A stretch of DNA of 64,000 bases, taken from the human T2T-CHM13v2.0 reference genome, Homo sapiens. The translations under genes and the position numbers were made by a program. Location of the stretch: NCBI RefSeq assembly GCF_009914755.1, contig NC_060946.1; one strand, written 5' to 3'. The notes under the pieces are model-generated. The model worked only from the letters and a program-made list of their open reading frames with translations. It was not told the origin of the DNA and did no database searches. Shown here piece by piece: positions 34,166-51,869 of the stretch. Position 1 is the first letter of the stretch. The number at the start of each line of letters is the position of its first letter.

Positions 34166-35632
34166 AGATAGACAGACAGGCAAGAATATAGGAAGGCAGG
34201 CAGGCAGGCAAACAGATGGCATACTCAGAATATTGTTAACATCTGTTACCTTACAGGGGTACAGTTGGGGTGGGACAAGAAAAGGGAGAGCAATTGGCTT
34301 TTCTCTGACGTAACATCCTATCAAAACAATTTGCTGCTTTTTAACAGAGTGACAGAGCACAGTCAAAGACAAGAATTCTAGTGAGAGTGATAGCTCTGTC
34401 CTTAACCATCTGTGTGACTTTCAGTCAGTCAGGTGGTCTATCTGGGCCTGAGTCTTCTATCTGAAAAGCAGCACAAGCAGTATCTGTATGGTTGAATTCC
34501 CAGATACAAAGGTACACTGTAACCTATAACTCACTCGAATATAAGGTATTACTATTTTTTCAACCTTCTTCCTAGAAAAACGATAAAGGAAATCACTTAC
34601 CTTTCTCCATCTTGGGATGAACTCACAAACATGGCTTCCCAAGCCACCTTTCAAAAATAAACTGAAAAGTCCCTAATGATCCACTTGTATGTTCATTTTG
34701 GGCTCTAGGTGTGATGAATTAAAGTATTAATGTTTTCTAACTATAATTTACTAGCAGTGGAAGTGATGAGAAATGGTCAAATTTGGGGTATATTTAGATG
34801 ACAGTGGCCAACGATGTTCTCTCACTGCGGGTCACTTCATTAAGGACTGGTGTGGACAGTGTCAGCAACCTTTGCTCAAGTTGCCATCTTTTCCAAGATT
34901 ATTTTATCTAATCTCACTTCTTAGTTATTTCTTCCTTCCAAATCTACTTTATAACTGCTTCAAATCATATCATTCTAAACACTCTTAGCTTCCTATGATC
35001 AGTTTGCATTCCATAACCCGAATTTCCACAATGTTTTGGGTAACCATTCAGTGTCGTGTGATAAACAGAAGTCGGCTGTGAATTTTAGCCTTTGGGAACA
35101 ATATGTCAGACACTTATCTTTCCCCTGAAAAATGGACAAAGATTGGTTTTGGAGGCACAAAGAACATGTTTTCCCATTTTTAACATCAGGAACTCATCTC
35201 CTTCCACCTTCCCCCTCATTCCTTCTACTCTAGCTACCCTGGTGCTTTATTCTGCAATCCCACCAAGCTCTTCATCTACTTAGAGCCATGTTTTGGCTGT
35301 TGCTTCTGCCAGGAACTCTTTGTGTGGCTCTATCCCTGATTCATTCAGGTCTCAAGTGTCACCTCCTCAGAGAATCTCCCTTCTGCCTACCCTTTCTAAA
35401 ATAGCCCCACCCTCATCACTCTCTATTCCTTTATCCTGCTTTATTTTTCACATTCGCATTTATCATTACCTAATATTATATATTTATTGGTTTACTTATT
35501 TATTGTTTGTTTCCTCACCAAAAATATAAGCTCCATGAGGGGCAGAGAAGTCTCATTTTAGACACTGATATCTTCAGTGTCTGCAAGAGTGACTGGCACA
35601 CAGTAGATGCTCAGTAAATATTTACTGAGTGA

Positions 35633-35886
<254 letters not shown>

Positions 35887-37847
35887 TTACCGAGTGAATT
35901 AATCATAAAGGAATAAATTACCAAAAAGCTGCTAATTTTCTTCTTGACATAGTGTAACTGGAACCAGATTGATGAAAAATACTAAGTCAATTTACAACTT
36001 AGCTGCCTAAGACAGTTGCTTGGCCTGAAATAATTTCTTGTAACACTGCTCTCATTAAGTTAGAACTAGAAATTATAGAATAGATATGAAATATTCTCCT
36101 TGGAGTCTGTGTGGATTGGTGGGATTTGAGGACAGCTGCAATAGTTCTAAGAGACAAGCAATTACACCAAGCAAAGAGCCAGTTGCAATAGTGGAGGACT
36201 TCTCCCCAGATCATCAGAGCCCCTCCCTGAGGTAGGACTCAGCAGCACCAGGAAGATCAGGCCACAGCAGTTCACCAAACATAGGGAATAAATCACCCAG
36301 AAGTGAGCTTCTGCCCACTACCCTAGCTTGCTATCATCCTAGAGAAGGTACTAGAGATACTAGATACTAGCCTGGCTGTTCAAAAGCATCAAAGTTGAAA
36401 GTGAGAAAATCTAAGAAGAACGTAATAAACCTGCTTCAAGGATGAGTTAAATAACAACAACAGTAATAATTAGCACCTTCTTACTACTAAACAATATGTT
36501 TCTGAAAAGAAAGGGAGGACAGCATACCAACAAAGAATAGTACTGGAAGTAGAAAACTTAGGCAGCAAAATTAAGAAATGGAGTTGGAAGTAGAAAACAT
36601 GGATTCTCTGAAATCAGAAATTAAACTAGTCCAACAGATCAATACCCAAGGATATTACATAAAACACATCAAGATAAAAAGGTTGTTAGATGAGGTGCAG
36701 GTTAAAGTGAAAATAAAGCTATATACAGTTTTAATTGGGAATCTTTTGGCTCTAAGTGACAGAAACTCCATTTGAACTGGGTAATGCAAAAGCTAGGGAA
36801 AACCAGGGGTTGCAACTGAGCCTCAGGTACAAAGGAAGCCAAGACTGGAAAACTACCAGGACATCTCTCCCCTGCCATCTCTGCTTCTCTAGGAAATGCT
36901 TGCATTTTCTCTTCTTGCAAGTTGGCTTCTTTTATCTGGATGGTTATGGCCACCAACAGCTCTAGATTCACACTGCCACCTGAGAAGTCTCCCTCTTCAA
37001 ATTTGGAGTATCAGGAGAAGGACTCCAAGTGACCCAGCTTGAAACAGTCACATGCCCATCACCATGGCCATAGGGTGTGATGCCACGATTGGCAACCTCA
37101 GTTAGAGCACAACGGGGGCGTGAGGGTAGGGTCCAGGTGACAGAAAAATGAACAAGTAGACAGCCAACTTGAGGAGTCCTCCCAAACAAACAAAAAAAGG
37201 ACAAGGAAATCAAATTAGTAGAGCAACTATGCAAGAGATCAAGGCCCAAGGACATTCATTTATGCAGTCCATTAATAATTTCTGGAATACTTATGTTTCA
37301 GGAAGTATTCTAAGCAATGGGGGTGCAAGTCAGAAAAAGACAAGGTCCCTGCACTTGTGACACTTACATTGTAGTTGGTTGAAACAGCCAATAATCATAA
37401 ACAAGATAATTTCAGATAAATGCTCTAAAGGAAATAAAGAAGGGTGATGTGCCAGACTTTAATTTTGGGTGTGGTCACGGAAAGTCTTGCAGAAGAGGTA
37501 ACATGGCTGAGTCTTGAATAGTAAGAAGCAGCCAGCTCTGCACAGACATTAGGGCAGAGTGCGCCAGACAGGGAACAGCTCCAATTTCTTCAGGAAAGCC
37601 TTCCACGGACAGTGAACACCCTCTCCCGCTGTGCCCTATGCAGACATGGGCCTCTGACTTGGCCAGGCCCTGCTTTCAAACACTGTCACAGTACCTTACC
37701 CTTGTCCTTCACAGCACTTCCACAGTTAGTCATTGCCCATTTGGTAACTGTCTTTTCCCTCCAATTAACTGTGACATCCACGAAGTCCAGACTATGCTTG
37801 TTTAAGAGACACTTAAGAAAAGTTTATGAAATGAATGAATATGCTGA

Positions 37848-38179
<332 letters not shown>

Positions 38180-38704
38180 CGAGAAATCTATATACATTTA
38201 CAGCTGACCATCGTGTAAAGAGATTGCAAATATGGTAAATTCAAAGATCTTTGGCATTGAGATGCACCACTAGGAAAAATATGTATCAGAAGATCTTTAT
38301 ACTAAAACACGTGCTAGGCTTCAAACAATCGTAAAAATCTTAATACTCCTGTCTCTATTCCTGACCTACTGCCCTACCAAAATCTACTCTTCTTCCCATA
38401 TTCCTTTCTCGGTGACTTTTATCTCTACTCTAAGTTAGAAATATGAACATATACCTCCCAAATTCAGTTATCCACGTCTATTGACTATACCCACTAATTA
38501 TCTTCCAAATCCATTCTCTCCTCTTCATCTTGATTCAGACCTTGATCATTTGTTGCCTGTGGTGTCCTAAATTACTTACTTAGCTTTAGTCTCCCTTCCA
38601 ATCTACCCTCCACAATGCCTTCAGGTAACGCGGTGGGGGTAGAAAGGGAGGGGAGAAGTATCTAAAATATCTGATCAAGTTTCCAGGATAGAAAACCTTC
38701 AGTT

Positions 38705-38780
38705 GGTTGCAGTGAGCCGAGATCGCGCCATTGCACTCCAGCCTGGGCGATGAGAGCACAACTCCGTCTCAAAAAAAAAA
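38705..38780 (+). mobile_element. Severely 5'-truncated Alu
   Basis: Only GGTTGCAGTGAGCCGAGATCGCG...CGTCTC-A10 remains. Confidence 0.8.
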
Positions 38781-39471
38781 TCCCTCCAGTCAAGTTGACA
38801 CAGTAAGTTCATGCTTCAAAGTATCCCCCTGTTCTATTCCAAATACACAGCAATAATAGACACTGCCAGTCTCAAAAACAAGATAAAAACCCCCACGAAG
38901 CAGAAATATAACAGAAATGAAAAAGCAGTGAGCGAGGCTGAAGCCAAGGGCTGCTGGGCTCTTGATCTGTCAGCCCAGAGTTCAGCTCCTCAGGTGTTAG
39001 GAAACCACAGCTGGTCTCACTCTTTAATGTTATGGGGGCAGTGTTTGTGAGAGAAGCCTGGGAAGAAAAGGAGAAGAAAAAAAAAAAATAGCCATCAACT
39101 GCTTCCCGGGATACAACTTATTTGTGGCTGTGGATCTAAAAGCAGGAGGATACACATGCAGTCTTAATACTTGGAACTAAATGAAGCCACCTGCTTGCTC
39201 AGCCCCTGGGTCTAGGACATTCTAGTATTATCACAGGGCATGTGCCCCAAGCCAACTTTATAAGGCCTGTACAGGAGGGAGTCTAGAAGACCTGGGTAGA
39301 GGGAACTGGAGAAACCTTTATTTTATTAAAAAAAAAAAAAAAAAGGAAGGAAATGAACATGAGTGGTTGTGGGAAAAAATCTCCCACTCAAAATAGCCTA
39401 AACACTAAAATTCTAAAATACACATTTTTAAAATCTAACGCTAAGAAAGTCAGCCAATGAAATCAGCAATC

Positions 39472-40630
39472 TATGTAAGACCTCAAACTATAAGAATCCC
39501 AGAAGAAAAGCTAGAAAACACCACGCTGGACATTGAACTTGGGAAATAATTTATGAGTAAGTCCTCAAAAGCAACTGCAATAAAACCCAAAAATTGACCA
39601 GTGGCACCTAATTCAGCTAACGAGCTTCTGCACAACAAAAGAAACTATCAGTGTAAAGAGACAGCCTATAGAATGGGAGAAAATATTCATAAACTATGCA
39701 TCTGACAAAGGTCTGATATTCAGAATCTATAAGGAACTTAAACAATTAAACAAGCAAAAAACAAATAACCCAACTAAAAAATGGGCAAAACATGCACAGA
39801 TACTTCTCAAAAGACATACAATTGGCCAAAAAACACACAGAAAAAATGCTCCACATCACTAACCATCAGAGAAATGCAAAGCAAAACCACAATGAGATAC
39901 CATCTCACACCAGTCAGAATGGCTATTATCAAAAAGCCAAAAAACAACAGATGCTGGTAAGGCTGTGGAGAAAAGGGGACACTTGTATACTACTGGTGGG
40001 AATGTAAATTCGTTCAACCATGGTAGAAAACAGTCTGGAGATTTCTCAAATAACTGAGAACTGGATTCAACCCAGCAATCCCATTACTAGGTATATATCC
40101 AAAAGGAAATACATAATTCTGCCAAAAATACACATGCACTTGTATGTTCACTGCAGCACTGTTCACAATAGCAAAGACGTGGAATCAATCTAGGTGCCCA
40201 TCAATGGTGGATTGAATGAAGAGAGTGTGGTACATATACCACGAAATACTATGCAGCCATAAAAAAGAATGAAATCATGTCCTTTGCAGCAACATGGGTG
40301 CAGCTGGAGGCCATTATCCTAAGCAAATTCATGCAGGAACAGAAAACCAAATACTGGATGTTCTCACTTATAAATGGGAGAATGGGAGCTAAACATTGGG
40401 TACCCATAGACATAAAGATGGCAACACCAGAAACAGGACTACTGGAAGTGGGAGGAGAGAAGGGAGGCAAGGGCTGAAAAATGCACTATTGAGTACTATG
40501 ATTAGTACACGGGTGATGGGATCAATCATACCCCAAACCTCAGCATCACACAGTGTATCCAGGTAACAAACCTGCACATGTACCCCTTGAATCTAAAATA
40601 AAAGTTAAAATTGTAAAAAAAAAAAAAAAA
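39472..40630 (+). mobile_element. L1PB-like 3' fragment with A-tail
   Basis: Decayed ORF2 C-terminus (MSFAATWVQLEAIILSK), 3' UTR and poly(A); TSD AAATCAGCAATC (39460-39471) / AAACCAGCAATC (40628-40639). Confidence 0.85.
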
Positions 40631-40888
40631 CCAGCAATCACAATATAAATCCACACCAAATGAAATCAATGTTTCTATAGGATCTTCTATGGAATCTATA
40701 TTCTATGATTTGAAAACCCTCTAACAAAGATTTTTAAATAAAGAGATTAATACATGACTCATATTGACAACAAGGAATATAAAAGTATAAAACAAAACAA
40801 AGGCAGATATGAAACAGGAACAGATGGATATGAAAAAAATCAATTAAAATCCTAGAAATGAAAACTACAGTCATTGAGATTTTTTTAA

Positions 40889-41309
<421 letters not shown>

Positions 41310-41888
41310 TAAGGAATTCTCCCAAAATACAGCACAGAGAGGCAACAAGATTAAAAAGATTAATTAAAAGTCATAAAGAACAGATTATAGGCCCTAATAT
41401 TCGTCTAGAGGAAGTTTCAAAAGAAAATTAAGGTAATAGAAAAAAAGCAATATTCAGAGACAAGAGTTGAGAATTTTACAGAAAAGACATAAATTTTCAT
41501 GTCAAAAATGATCTCCAAAGACGAAGTAAGATAAATAAAAATAAATCTATACCAGAAACACTTCAGAAAAATAGAAGAATATTTAGGATAAAGAGAAAAT
41601 ATTAAACCTACAAATTCCTTCTTTGGGTTTATAATAGCATACTTGCCATTCAGTCGGCCCATCAGCCATTGTCAGCAAATGCTGATTTCCCACTTCCACC
41701 ACAGAAAGAGAAGAAACTGAGATACAAATAAAGTATCCTCAGCCCTCCAAACCTAGTAAGGGAGGCCAATGTGTGAATCAATAATTATGGCAGTGTGACA
41801 GGGCTACAATGTATACGTGGACAAGGTGCTAGGGACAAGTAGAGGGTGACCACTTTACAGAACAGTAGAAAAGACCTCCTTTTCTACT

Positions 41889-42160
41889 GGCTCATATCTG
41901 TAATTCTAACATTTTGGGAGGCCGAGGTGGGAGGATCACTTGAGGCCAGGAGTTTGAGACCAGCCTGGGCAACATACAGAGATCCCTTCTCTACATTAAA
42001 AAGAAAGAAAGAAAGAAAATTAGCTAGTCATGGTGGCAAACACTTGTAGTCCCCACTACTCAGGAGACAACTTGAGCCCAGGAGTTGGAAGCTGCAGTGA
42101 GCTGTGATCACACCATTACACTCCAACCGGGGCAATGGAGTGAGAGCCCATCTTCTAAAA

Positions 42161-42211
<51 letters not shown>

Positions 42212-42213
42212 AT
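41889..42213 (+). mobile_element. AluJ-like with (AAAT)n tail
   Basis: Diverged Alu; about 14 AAAT units. Confidence 0.85.
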
Positions 42214-43842
42214 ACGGACCTTCCTAGTGAGTATCTGAATGGAGCTTTATTTGAACATGAATATCTGTTCTAGGAAATGAAAATAATAAAAGTTAAAATC
42301 TATCAAGAGCTGATAGTAGTAACTAATATCGACAGGTAACTTACTATGTGACTAACTCTCAGACATATCTCTAATCCTCACAACCATCCTCAGAGTTAAG
42401 TCCATTTTACCAAAGAGAAAAGTAAGGTTTAGGGTGATGAAGTAACTTTCCTGAAGTCATAAAGCTAATAAACTAGAAAGTGGAGGTTGGCTTTAATTTC
42501 TTTGACTGACCTTAGCATATACTTACCAGTGATTTCATTTGATGAGAACCTTAAGAGAGAATAGTTCTGTTGACACAGCACTGAAAGGGCTAAACTGGTT
42601 GCTTTCCCTTTTTTGTTTACTGTGCTTTGTCGTCCATCTGAGTACAATAAATAAAGAGCTCCGTGGGAAGACTAGCCAGCTGGGTAAAAGTCACATTTAA
42701 GCTTAAAAGAATTCATGCTTTGCTTCTTGCTATCATGATTACCAACAGGATTACATTTGTTGAAAAGGAACACAAGGCTAAATATTCAACTATTTTAAAT
42801 AAAAGTTTTTGGTTTAAATTCACAATGATACAACTTCTAACAACAAGGCTTATGATGACCTAAAGCCTGTAACATATGTTTGTTAAAGGAAACTATTTGT
42901 TCATCAAAAATATTTGTTACAGGAAATTACATTTGCTCACTTAAGCTATAAATGAACTCAGAAGCCTGTGTTAATTAACCCACCAACCATGAGTGCATTG
43001 AAATTGCACTAATTTATTAATCTAATCCACCATCATATATTAGGTGGGTTCACCGATTAGAGAATTCTGACTCTCGATGTCTGACACTAGTCTGAAAATT
43101 AAATCTGATCCACTTTTAAGCTAGAATGTTTCCTATAATGCTTGGCCCCTGTATCATACTACTAGGAACTGCCTCATATACCCCAAATCCATCCCTTCTG
43201 TGAGTGTATTAATGCCCCCAAATTTTAGTTATTTGGCTTTATAGCCTTGACATGGCTAATCAACATCTAGAGCAATTTAAAAAATATTTCCTATTTTATT
43301 TTTCTTGAATGTATTTTTTCCAGATATCTTGGCTTTATTCAATTCATTATAATTGCCTTGAAAAGGAAGACCTCAGACATTGCTTTTTCCTTCTATTCCT
43401 AGGGTTCCCGCTTTGTCTAAACCTTTTTCAAGGGCCAAATACTTGATGTTTTCTCTCTTTCTATGAGAATCTAAACTCAAAAAACAACCTCCCCCCACTG
43501 CCCAACAAAACCTAGTGTAAATATAAATAAATGTATTATGTCTTCCACAGTATTTGCCTTTCATATTTTAATTTATATCTCATCTATAGCTTAAAGGCTT
43601 AGTTCTTAGTCTAAGATATTCAAAATCTGGTGAGCAAATAGGTAGGCAACTGGTATGAGCACATCCCTGAGTGTTGGAGGATACAATGGGAGAGGATACA
43701 ATGGGGAGTATTATACTAATACAGAAATCGGTCATTAGTATAAATGTGAAGCACCTCATTCCTAAATTAGGTGACTGAAAATGAAAATGAAAAGCTACAA
43801 TGGCAAGAATATCACCAATGAATGCTACTTCTAGTAAAATCA

Positions 43843-44105
<263 letters not shown>

Positions 44106-44884
44106 AACATAACTTTTAATAACAACATTGAAATCTGTCTCTTTAAAATGTGGCCCTGTTTTTAAAATTATACCTTTAATTGAAATGTATGTGTGTATGT
44201 GTATATGAAATAGTTTATTTAAATAAAATTAATTGCAGTTTCATGACTTAGCTAATTGAGAATTAAAAAAACACACAAATCTATAATCCATACAATTCCT
44301 AGAATCTGAATTGGTTTTAAAAGAATACTGTAATTTGTGTAAATAATTTGATGATATTTTAAAACTTTCATATTTGATTAGATATTTTTCAGATAATTTT
44401 AATTAAGTTCACACTAGTATTTCAGTGAAACCCCATTTGGATATTTTTAAGACTCAACTAGGAGAGGCTGTTTAGTATACTAATAGCATATGACTAAATA
44501 TCAGGATATATTATTTAGATGAGTTCTAATTGTGTTCAGCCATAAATTGGATATGTAACCTTACCTAAATAACTTAATATCTCTGAGCTTTGCCTCCAAG
44601 TCTCTGTAAGAGAGAAAATACCTGCTCTTCATTTTTCATAAGATGCTTTAAGGAGATCAAACAAGATCATGCATATGGAAATACTCTATTATTAAAATCT
44701 AATACTTCTCAAGCAATTGGATACCATACAGATAAGAATGAACTCTATCTCACAATATACACAAAAGCTAATTCTAGATGGATCACAGACCTAGTTAAAA
44801 CTATAAATATCTGGAAGAAAACATAGAACATATTCCTTGGGATAGGCAAGTTTCTCTGACAAGGTAAAAAAGGCATTAACCATA

Positions 44885-45238
44885 TGTATTAGTCCACTTT
44901 CACACTGCTGATAAAGACATATCAAAGACTCGGCAATTTACAAAAGAAAGAGGTTTAATGGACTTACAGTTCCACATGGCTAGGGAGGCCTCACAATCAT
45001 GGCAGAAGGCAAGGAAGAGCAAGTCACATCTTATGTGGATGGTGGCAGGCAAAGAAAGAGAGCTTGTGCAGGGAAACTCCCCCTTATAAAACCACCAGAT
45101 CTTATGAGACTTATTCACTATCATGAGAACAGCACACAAAAGACCTGCCCCCATGATTCAATTCCTCCCACAGAGTCCCTCCCACAAGACATGGAATTCA
45201 CGATGAGATATGGGTGGGGACACAGCTAAACTATATCA
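44885..45238 (-). mobile_element. MaLR solo LTR (THE1-like)
   Basis: TGTATTAGTCC...CTGCTGATAAAGACATA...GGGACACAGCTAAACTATATCA; perfect TSD CCATA at 44880-44884 and 45239-45243. Confidence 0.92.
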
Positions 45239-45293
45239 CCATAAAAGAAAAACAGATTGAACTTCATGAAAATTACCAACTTAAAACTATTTT

Positions 45294-45508
45294 TACCCCA
45301 TGTTCTCCTACAAATAGATCTTGAGAGCTTGTTTGGAGGTCCTAAAAAGGGAGTGCAGCTACTCCTATACCCTTGACCAAAGAAAAATCCTCTTCTATCA
45401 GCAAAGGTCATCCTCTTTGACCAAGAATCCAACTTTAGGAGAGACACACATACAGCGGTGAGGAAGGAAAAGGACTCCTGCCTAGCCAGCCAGATTGCCC
45501 TCACATCC
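45294..45508 (-). pseudogene. 7SK snRNA (RN7SK) retropseudogene, internally deleted and 3'-truncated
   Basis: Reverse complement reads GGATGTGAGGGCAATCTGGCTGGCTAGGC...CTCACCGCT...GGTCAAGGGTATAGGAGTAGCTGCACTCCC...CCTCCAAACAAGCTCTCAAG...GAGAACATGGGGTA, matching 7SK nt 1 to ~264 as recalled. Degenerate TSD AAAATTACCAACTT (45269-45282) / AAAATGACAAACTT (45509-45522). Confidence 0.92.
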
Positions 45509-46250
45509 AAAATGACAAACTTCTACTCATCATAAGACAACATTAGAAATGGAAAAGACAAGCTACAGAATTTTTGTAGCTTGTAGGATGGCAGAAAATA
45601 TCTATAATATGTCTATCTGACAAAGAACTCATATCCAAAATATGTAAAAATTCCTAGAAATCAATAATAAAAAGATAAAATGTTAAAAATAGGCAAAATA
45701 TTTGAGCAGGCAATACTTGAACAGGCAAAAGATGTCCTTGTGGGCAAAAATCATATGAAAAGGCACTTAACAACTTTTCAGGGAAATGCAAATTAAAACC
45801 AAATTGAAACAACATTATACTCCCAACAAAATGGCTAAATTGAAAATAATAACATTCCTAAGTGTTGATAAGGATGTGAACAACAAATTCTCATATATTG
45901 GTAGTGAAATCACTTAAGAAAACTTTAGTTTCTAGTCATATTTAATGGTTTCTACAACCCAGAAATTTCACTCTTCAGGATATACCAAAGAGAACCGAAT
46001 GCATATCGCACAGGAATGTTCATAAGAGTTTTATTCACAATAACTCAAAGCTATAAGCATCCCAAATATTATCCATCAGCAAAAGATGGATAAACTGTGG
46101 TATGCACATACAATTGAATACAACTCAGCAATAAAAACAAATGATATTCTGATATACATAACAATATGGATGACTCTCAGAAACATTATGTTGAGAGAAG
46201 CCAGAAACTGAAGAACACATACGGTATGCTTCCATTTATATAAATTTTAA

Positions 46251-47527
<1,277 letters not shown>

Positions 47528-50173
47528 GAAATTCAAAAAGTAGTTGCCTCTGGAGAGGAGGGAAAGCAAGCAGGGATGAAGGAACTGGATGAGGTGATTA
47601 AAATGTTCTTTATTGTGCTATGGGTGATGGTTCCACTCATCCAAATTCATCCAACTGTATACTTAAGATTTAAGTATGTCATAATATGTAAATTATATTT
47701 CAATAAAGTGGTTAGCATAAAACTATTTTAAAAAGTAATTTGTAGTGAAGAAAGGGAAATTTTTGTATTAGTCAACTCTGACATTTCTATTTTTTATCTT
47801 TCTAAAAAAAGTCAATTGCTTTAAATTTGCTAAAGGTATAAAAATATCAAGGTATTAATCATTCATTCATCAAATATATATTGAGTGATCCTACCCCAAG
47901 GCAAGGTACTAAGTGCTAGGAACACTGTTCTTGCCCTTGAAAAATTCAGAGTTTTGCAAGGGATAAAGATGTGTACATAAATGGACTGTGACAGAGGCAT
48001 ACAGACATTGTAGGCATAAAAGAGAGAATGTCAGACTACCTGCGAATGTTAACGAGATTCAGGACGATCACTTGGGAACCTTGAATCACCTGTGGTAACT
48101 ATGGTGCCCACTCCTGTGAGGTTGAGCCTAAATTGTAATGGGTCTTAACCTAAGATAAAAGAGACTGACCCAGCCTTGCCAACTGTTTCTAGCTGTCCAC
48201 CCAAGACCTTCAAATTAGTGAAGGATTTTTAAAGCCTCAAGAGCCACAATAAAGAGCACATGGTGCATGCTTCTTGCCATCCTTGACCTAAACAACTTAG
48301 AAACGGATAAAAAAAAGGATAAACCTGACTTCTGATCCAAAATGTAAAAAGTTGGAGTCGCCACTCCATCCTAACAAGTAAAAAGCTGAACATACAGAAA
48401 AATCAACTCTTCTTGGATCCGTCAGAGAGGTGTAGTCACAGGGCAAACCACTTAGCCCCACACTGAGACTGACAGGCAAATACAGTACAGAGAATCATGG
48501 CTTGCTGGAGCAGAAACCTCCAAGGAAACAAGTGCTGAGGTCGGGAAGCCTGAACTATAACTGAGAGATAAAAACTCCAGGGGAAGTCTTCAGGGCCTCC
48601 CTCACTTTTGTTTTACCTCAAGGATCTCGACCAAGTTCTCGCAGTAAATACTGGAGAAAAATCCCCTGGTGCTTCTAGCAGGGGAAGGAAAAAAAGGAAC
48701 CATTCAGAATTTTCCAGAGCACTCTGTTCTTAACAAGTTCTGCCCTTAGGAGAAGCTAGTTAACCAAAGCCTAACCTGATGGGGTCTTAACAGAGCCTAA
48801 CTGATCTGGAAGATCAGTAAGCCTAACTTACTGCCACATCACTAAAGGCTTATTTACCTGAGATCCTCTTACTGTATCTCATGCCCAGCTATCAAGAAAA
48901 AATCATAAGACATACTAAAAGGAAAAAATCACAGTTTGAGGAGACAGAACAAGTAACAAAACCCGGTGCAGATAGGGCCGAGATATTAGAATTATTAGAC
49001 TAGGAATTTAAAATAACTATGATTAATATGTAAGGGCTCTAACAGATAATGTGGACAGCATGCAGCATAGATGGGTGATGTAAGCATGAGACAGAAATTC
49101 TAAGAAGGAATCAAAAAGAAATGCTAGCGATCAAAAATATTGTAACAGAAATGAAGAATGCCTTTGGCAGGCTTTCTGGGAGACTGGACACAGCTGAGGA
49201 AAGAATCTTTGAGCTGGAGGACATCTCAATAGAAACCACTAAAACTGAAAAGCAAAGAGAAAAACCGAATGACAACAACAATAACAAGAACAGAATATCC
49301 AAGAACTATGGGACAACTATAAAAGGTGTAACATATGTGTAATGGAAATTAACAAAGAAGAGAGACACAGTAACAGGAGAAATATGTGAAACAGTCACTG
49401 ATAATTTCCCCAAATTAGTGTTATACACTAACCACACATCAAGGAAGCTCAGAGAACATTAAGCAGGATAAATGGAAATTTTTTTTTCAAAAAAAAAAAA
49501 ATACTCCTGAAAGAAACCAGAGGCAAAAAACACCTTACGTATAGAGGAACAAAGATAAGAATTACATTCAACTTCTCAGAAACCAAAACTAAGAAAGTGA
49601 AGGAGAAATAAAGACTTTTTAGCCAAACAAAAATTGAGGGAATTTGTGGCCAGTAACCTACCTTGCAAAAAATATTCAAAGAAATTCTTTAGAGAAACAG
49701 AAAATGATAAAGTTCAGAAACTCAGATCTGCATAAAGAAATGAACTGCATCAGAAAAGGAATAAGTGAAAATAAAAACTTTCTTATTATTTATTAATAAA
49801 ATAATAGCAACAATGTATTTGATTATACATGCTTACACATATGCTTATGTATAAGCAAAATAAGTAACAGCAATGATACAAGGGACAGGAAGAAGAAATC
49901 AGAATTATTTTATTATTATAAGGTACTAGCACTACCCATGAGGCAATATAGTGTTATTCATTAAAATTAAAATTTCTGATCTGCAAAAGACACGGTCAAG
50001 AAAATGAAAATATGAGCCACAGACTGGGAGAAAATATTTGCAAAAAAAAATGAGACGAAGGAGTGTTATCTGAAATATACACAGAATTCTTAAAACTCAA
50101 CAGTAAAAACAAACAACCTGACTTAAGAAAGGGCCTAAAACCTTAACAGACACCTCATTAAAGAAGATATACA

Positions 50174-50530
<357 letters not shown>

Positions 50531-50938
50531 TCATCAGAGACATGCACACTAAAATAACAATAAGAGATGCTACATACATACCTATTAGGATGACCAAAAT
50601 CCAGAACACTGACAACACCAAATGCTGGTAAAGATGCAGAGCATCAGGAACTCTCATTATTGCTGGTGGGAATGCAAAATGGGGCTGCCACTTTAAAAGA
50701 CAGTTTGGCAGTTTCTTATAAAACTAAACACTCTTGCCATACAATTGAGTACATCATGCTCCTTGGTATTTACTCCAAGGAGTTGAAAATTATTGTCCAC
50801 ATAAAAAACTTCATACAGTTGTTTATTTGTAATTGTCAAAACTTGGAAGCAATCAAGGTAACGTTCAGTAGGTGAATGGATAAATTTACTGTGATTCATC
50901 CCAACAATGGGCTACTATTAAGTGCTAAAAGGAAATGA

Positions 50939-51215
50939 GGCTGGGCGCAATGGCTCATGCCTATAATTCCAACAATTTGGGAAGCCAAGACAGGAGGATT
51001 GCTTGAGGCCACAAATTCAAGACCAGCCTGGGCAATGTAGTGAGACTCTGTCTCCACAAAAAATTTTAAAATGAGCTGGGCATGGTGGTGTGCACCTACA
51101 GTCCCAGCTACTCTGGAAGCTGATTCTCCTCTGAGAGGATTGCTTAAGCCAAGGAGTTCAAGGCTTCAGTGACTTCTGATAATGCCACTGCACTCCAGCC
51201 CAGTGACAGAAACCT
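50939..51215 (+). mobile_element. AluJ-like
   Basis: Diverged Alu. Confidence 0.8.
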
Positions 51216-51869
51216 ACTTAAAAAGGGTACATGTTAAATGATTCCAACTAAATGACATTTTGGAAAAGGAAAAATTATGGAGACAGTGAAAAGATCAATG
51301 CTTGCAGGGGCTGAAGGAGGGAGGAAAAAATAAGCACAGCACAGAAAAATTTTAGGGCAGTGAAACCACTCTGTGTGATATTATAATGATGAATACATGT
51401 CATTGTACATTTGTCCAAACCTATAAAATGTACAACACCAAGAGTGCACCTTAAAGTAAGCTATGGACTTTGGGTAAAAATGATACATAACTGTACGTTC
51501 ATCGATTGTAACAAATGTACCACTTTGGTTGGGGATGTTTATAATGGGGGAGGCTACGCATGTACAGGGGAAGAGGGTATTTGGGAACACTCAGTATTTT
51601 CCTCTCAGTTTTGCTGTGAATCTGAAACTGCTCTAAAAAACGAAGTTTATTTTTAAAAAACTTTTTAATAAAAAGGATACATTTCTGAATTCTTGTCCCA
51701 GGATAGTGATCAGTATTAGTTCAGTCTCAGTCCCTTCCATCCTGCTATATGTAACTGGTTAAATGTTTGGTCAAAGCTGGAAACATGACACATGCTGACA
51801 GGATGGAGTAAAGGAGTGAACAGAATGATCAGGATGAGGATCACATCCTTAATTCCTTCATTCAACAAT

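Noticed and set aside
42977-43050. Nested short inverted repeats (AACCCACC/GGTGGGTT, AGTGCA/TGCACT)
   Set aside because: Stems of 6-8 bp are within chance expectation for 64 kb; no recognisable RNA family.
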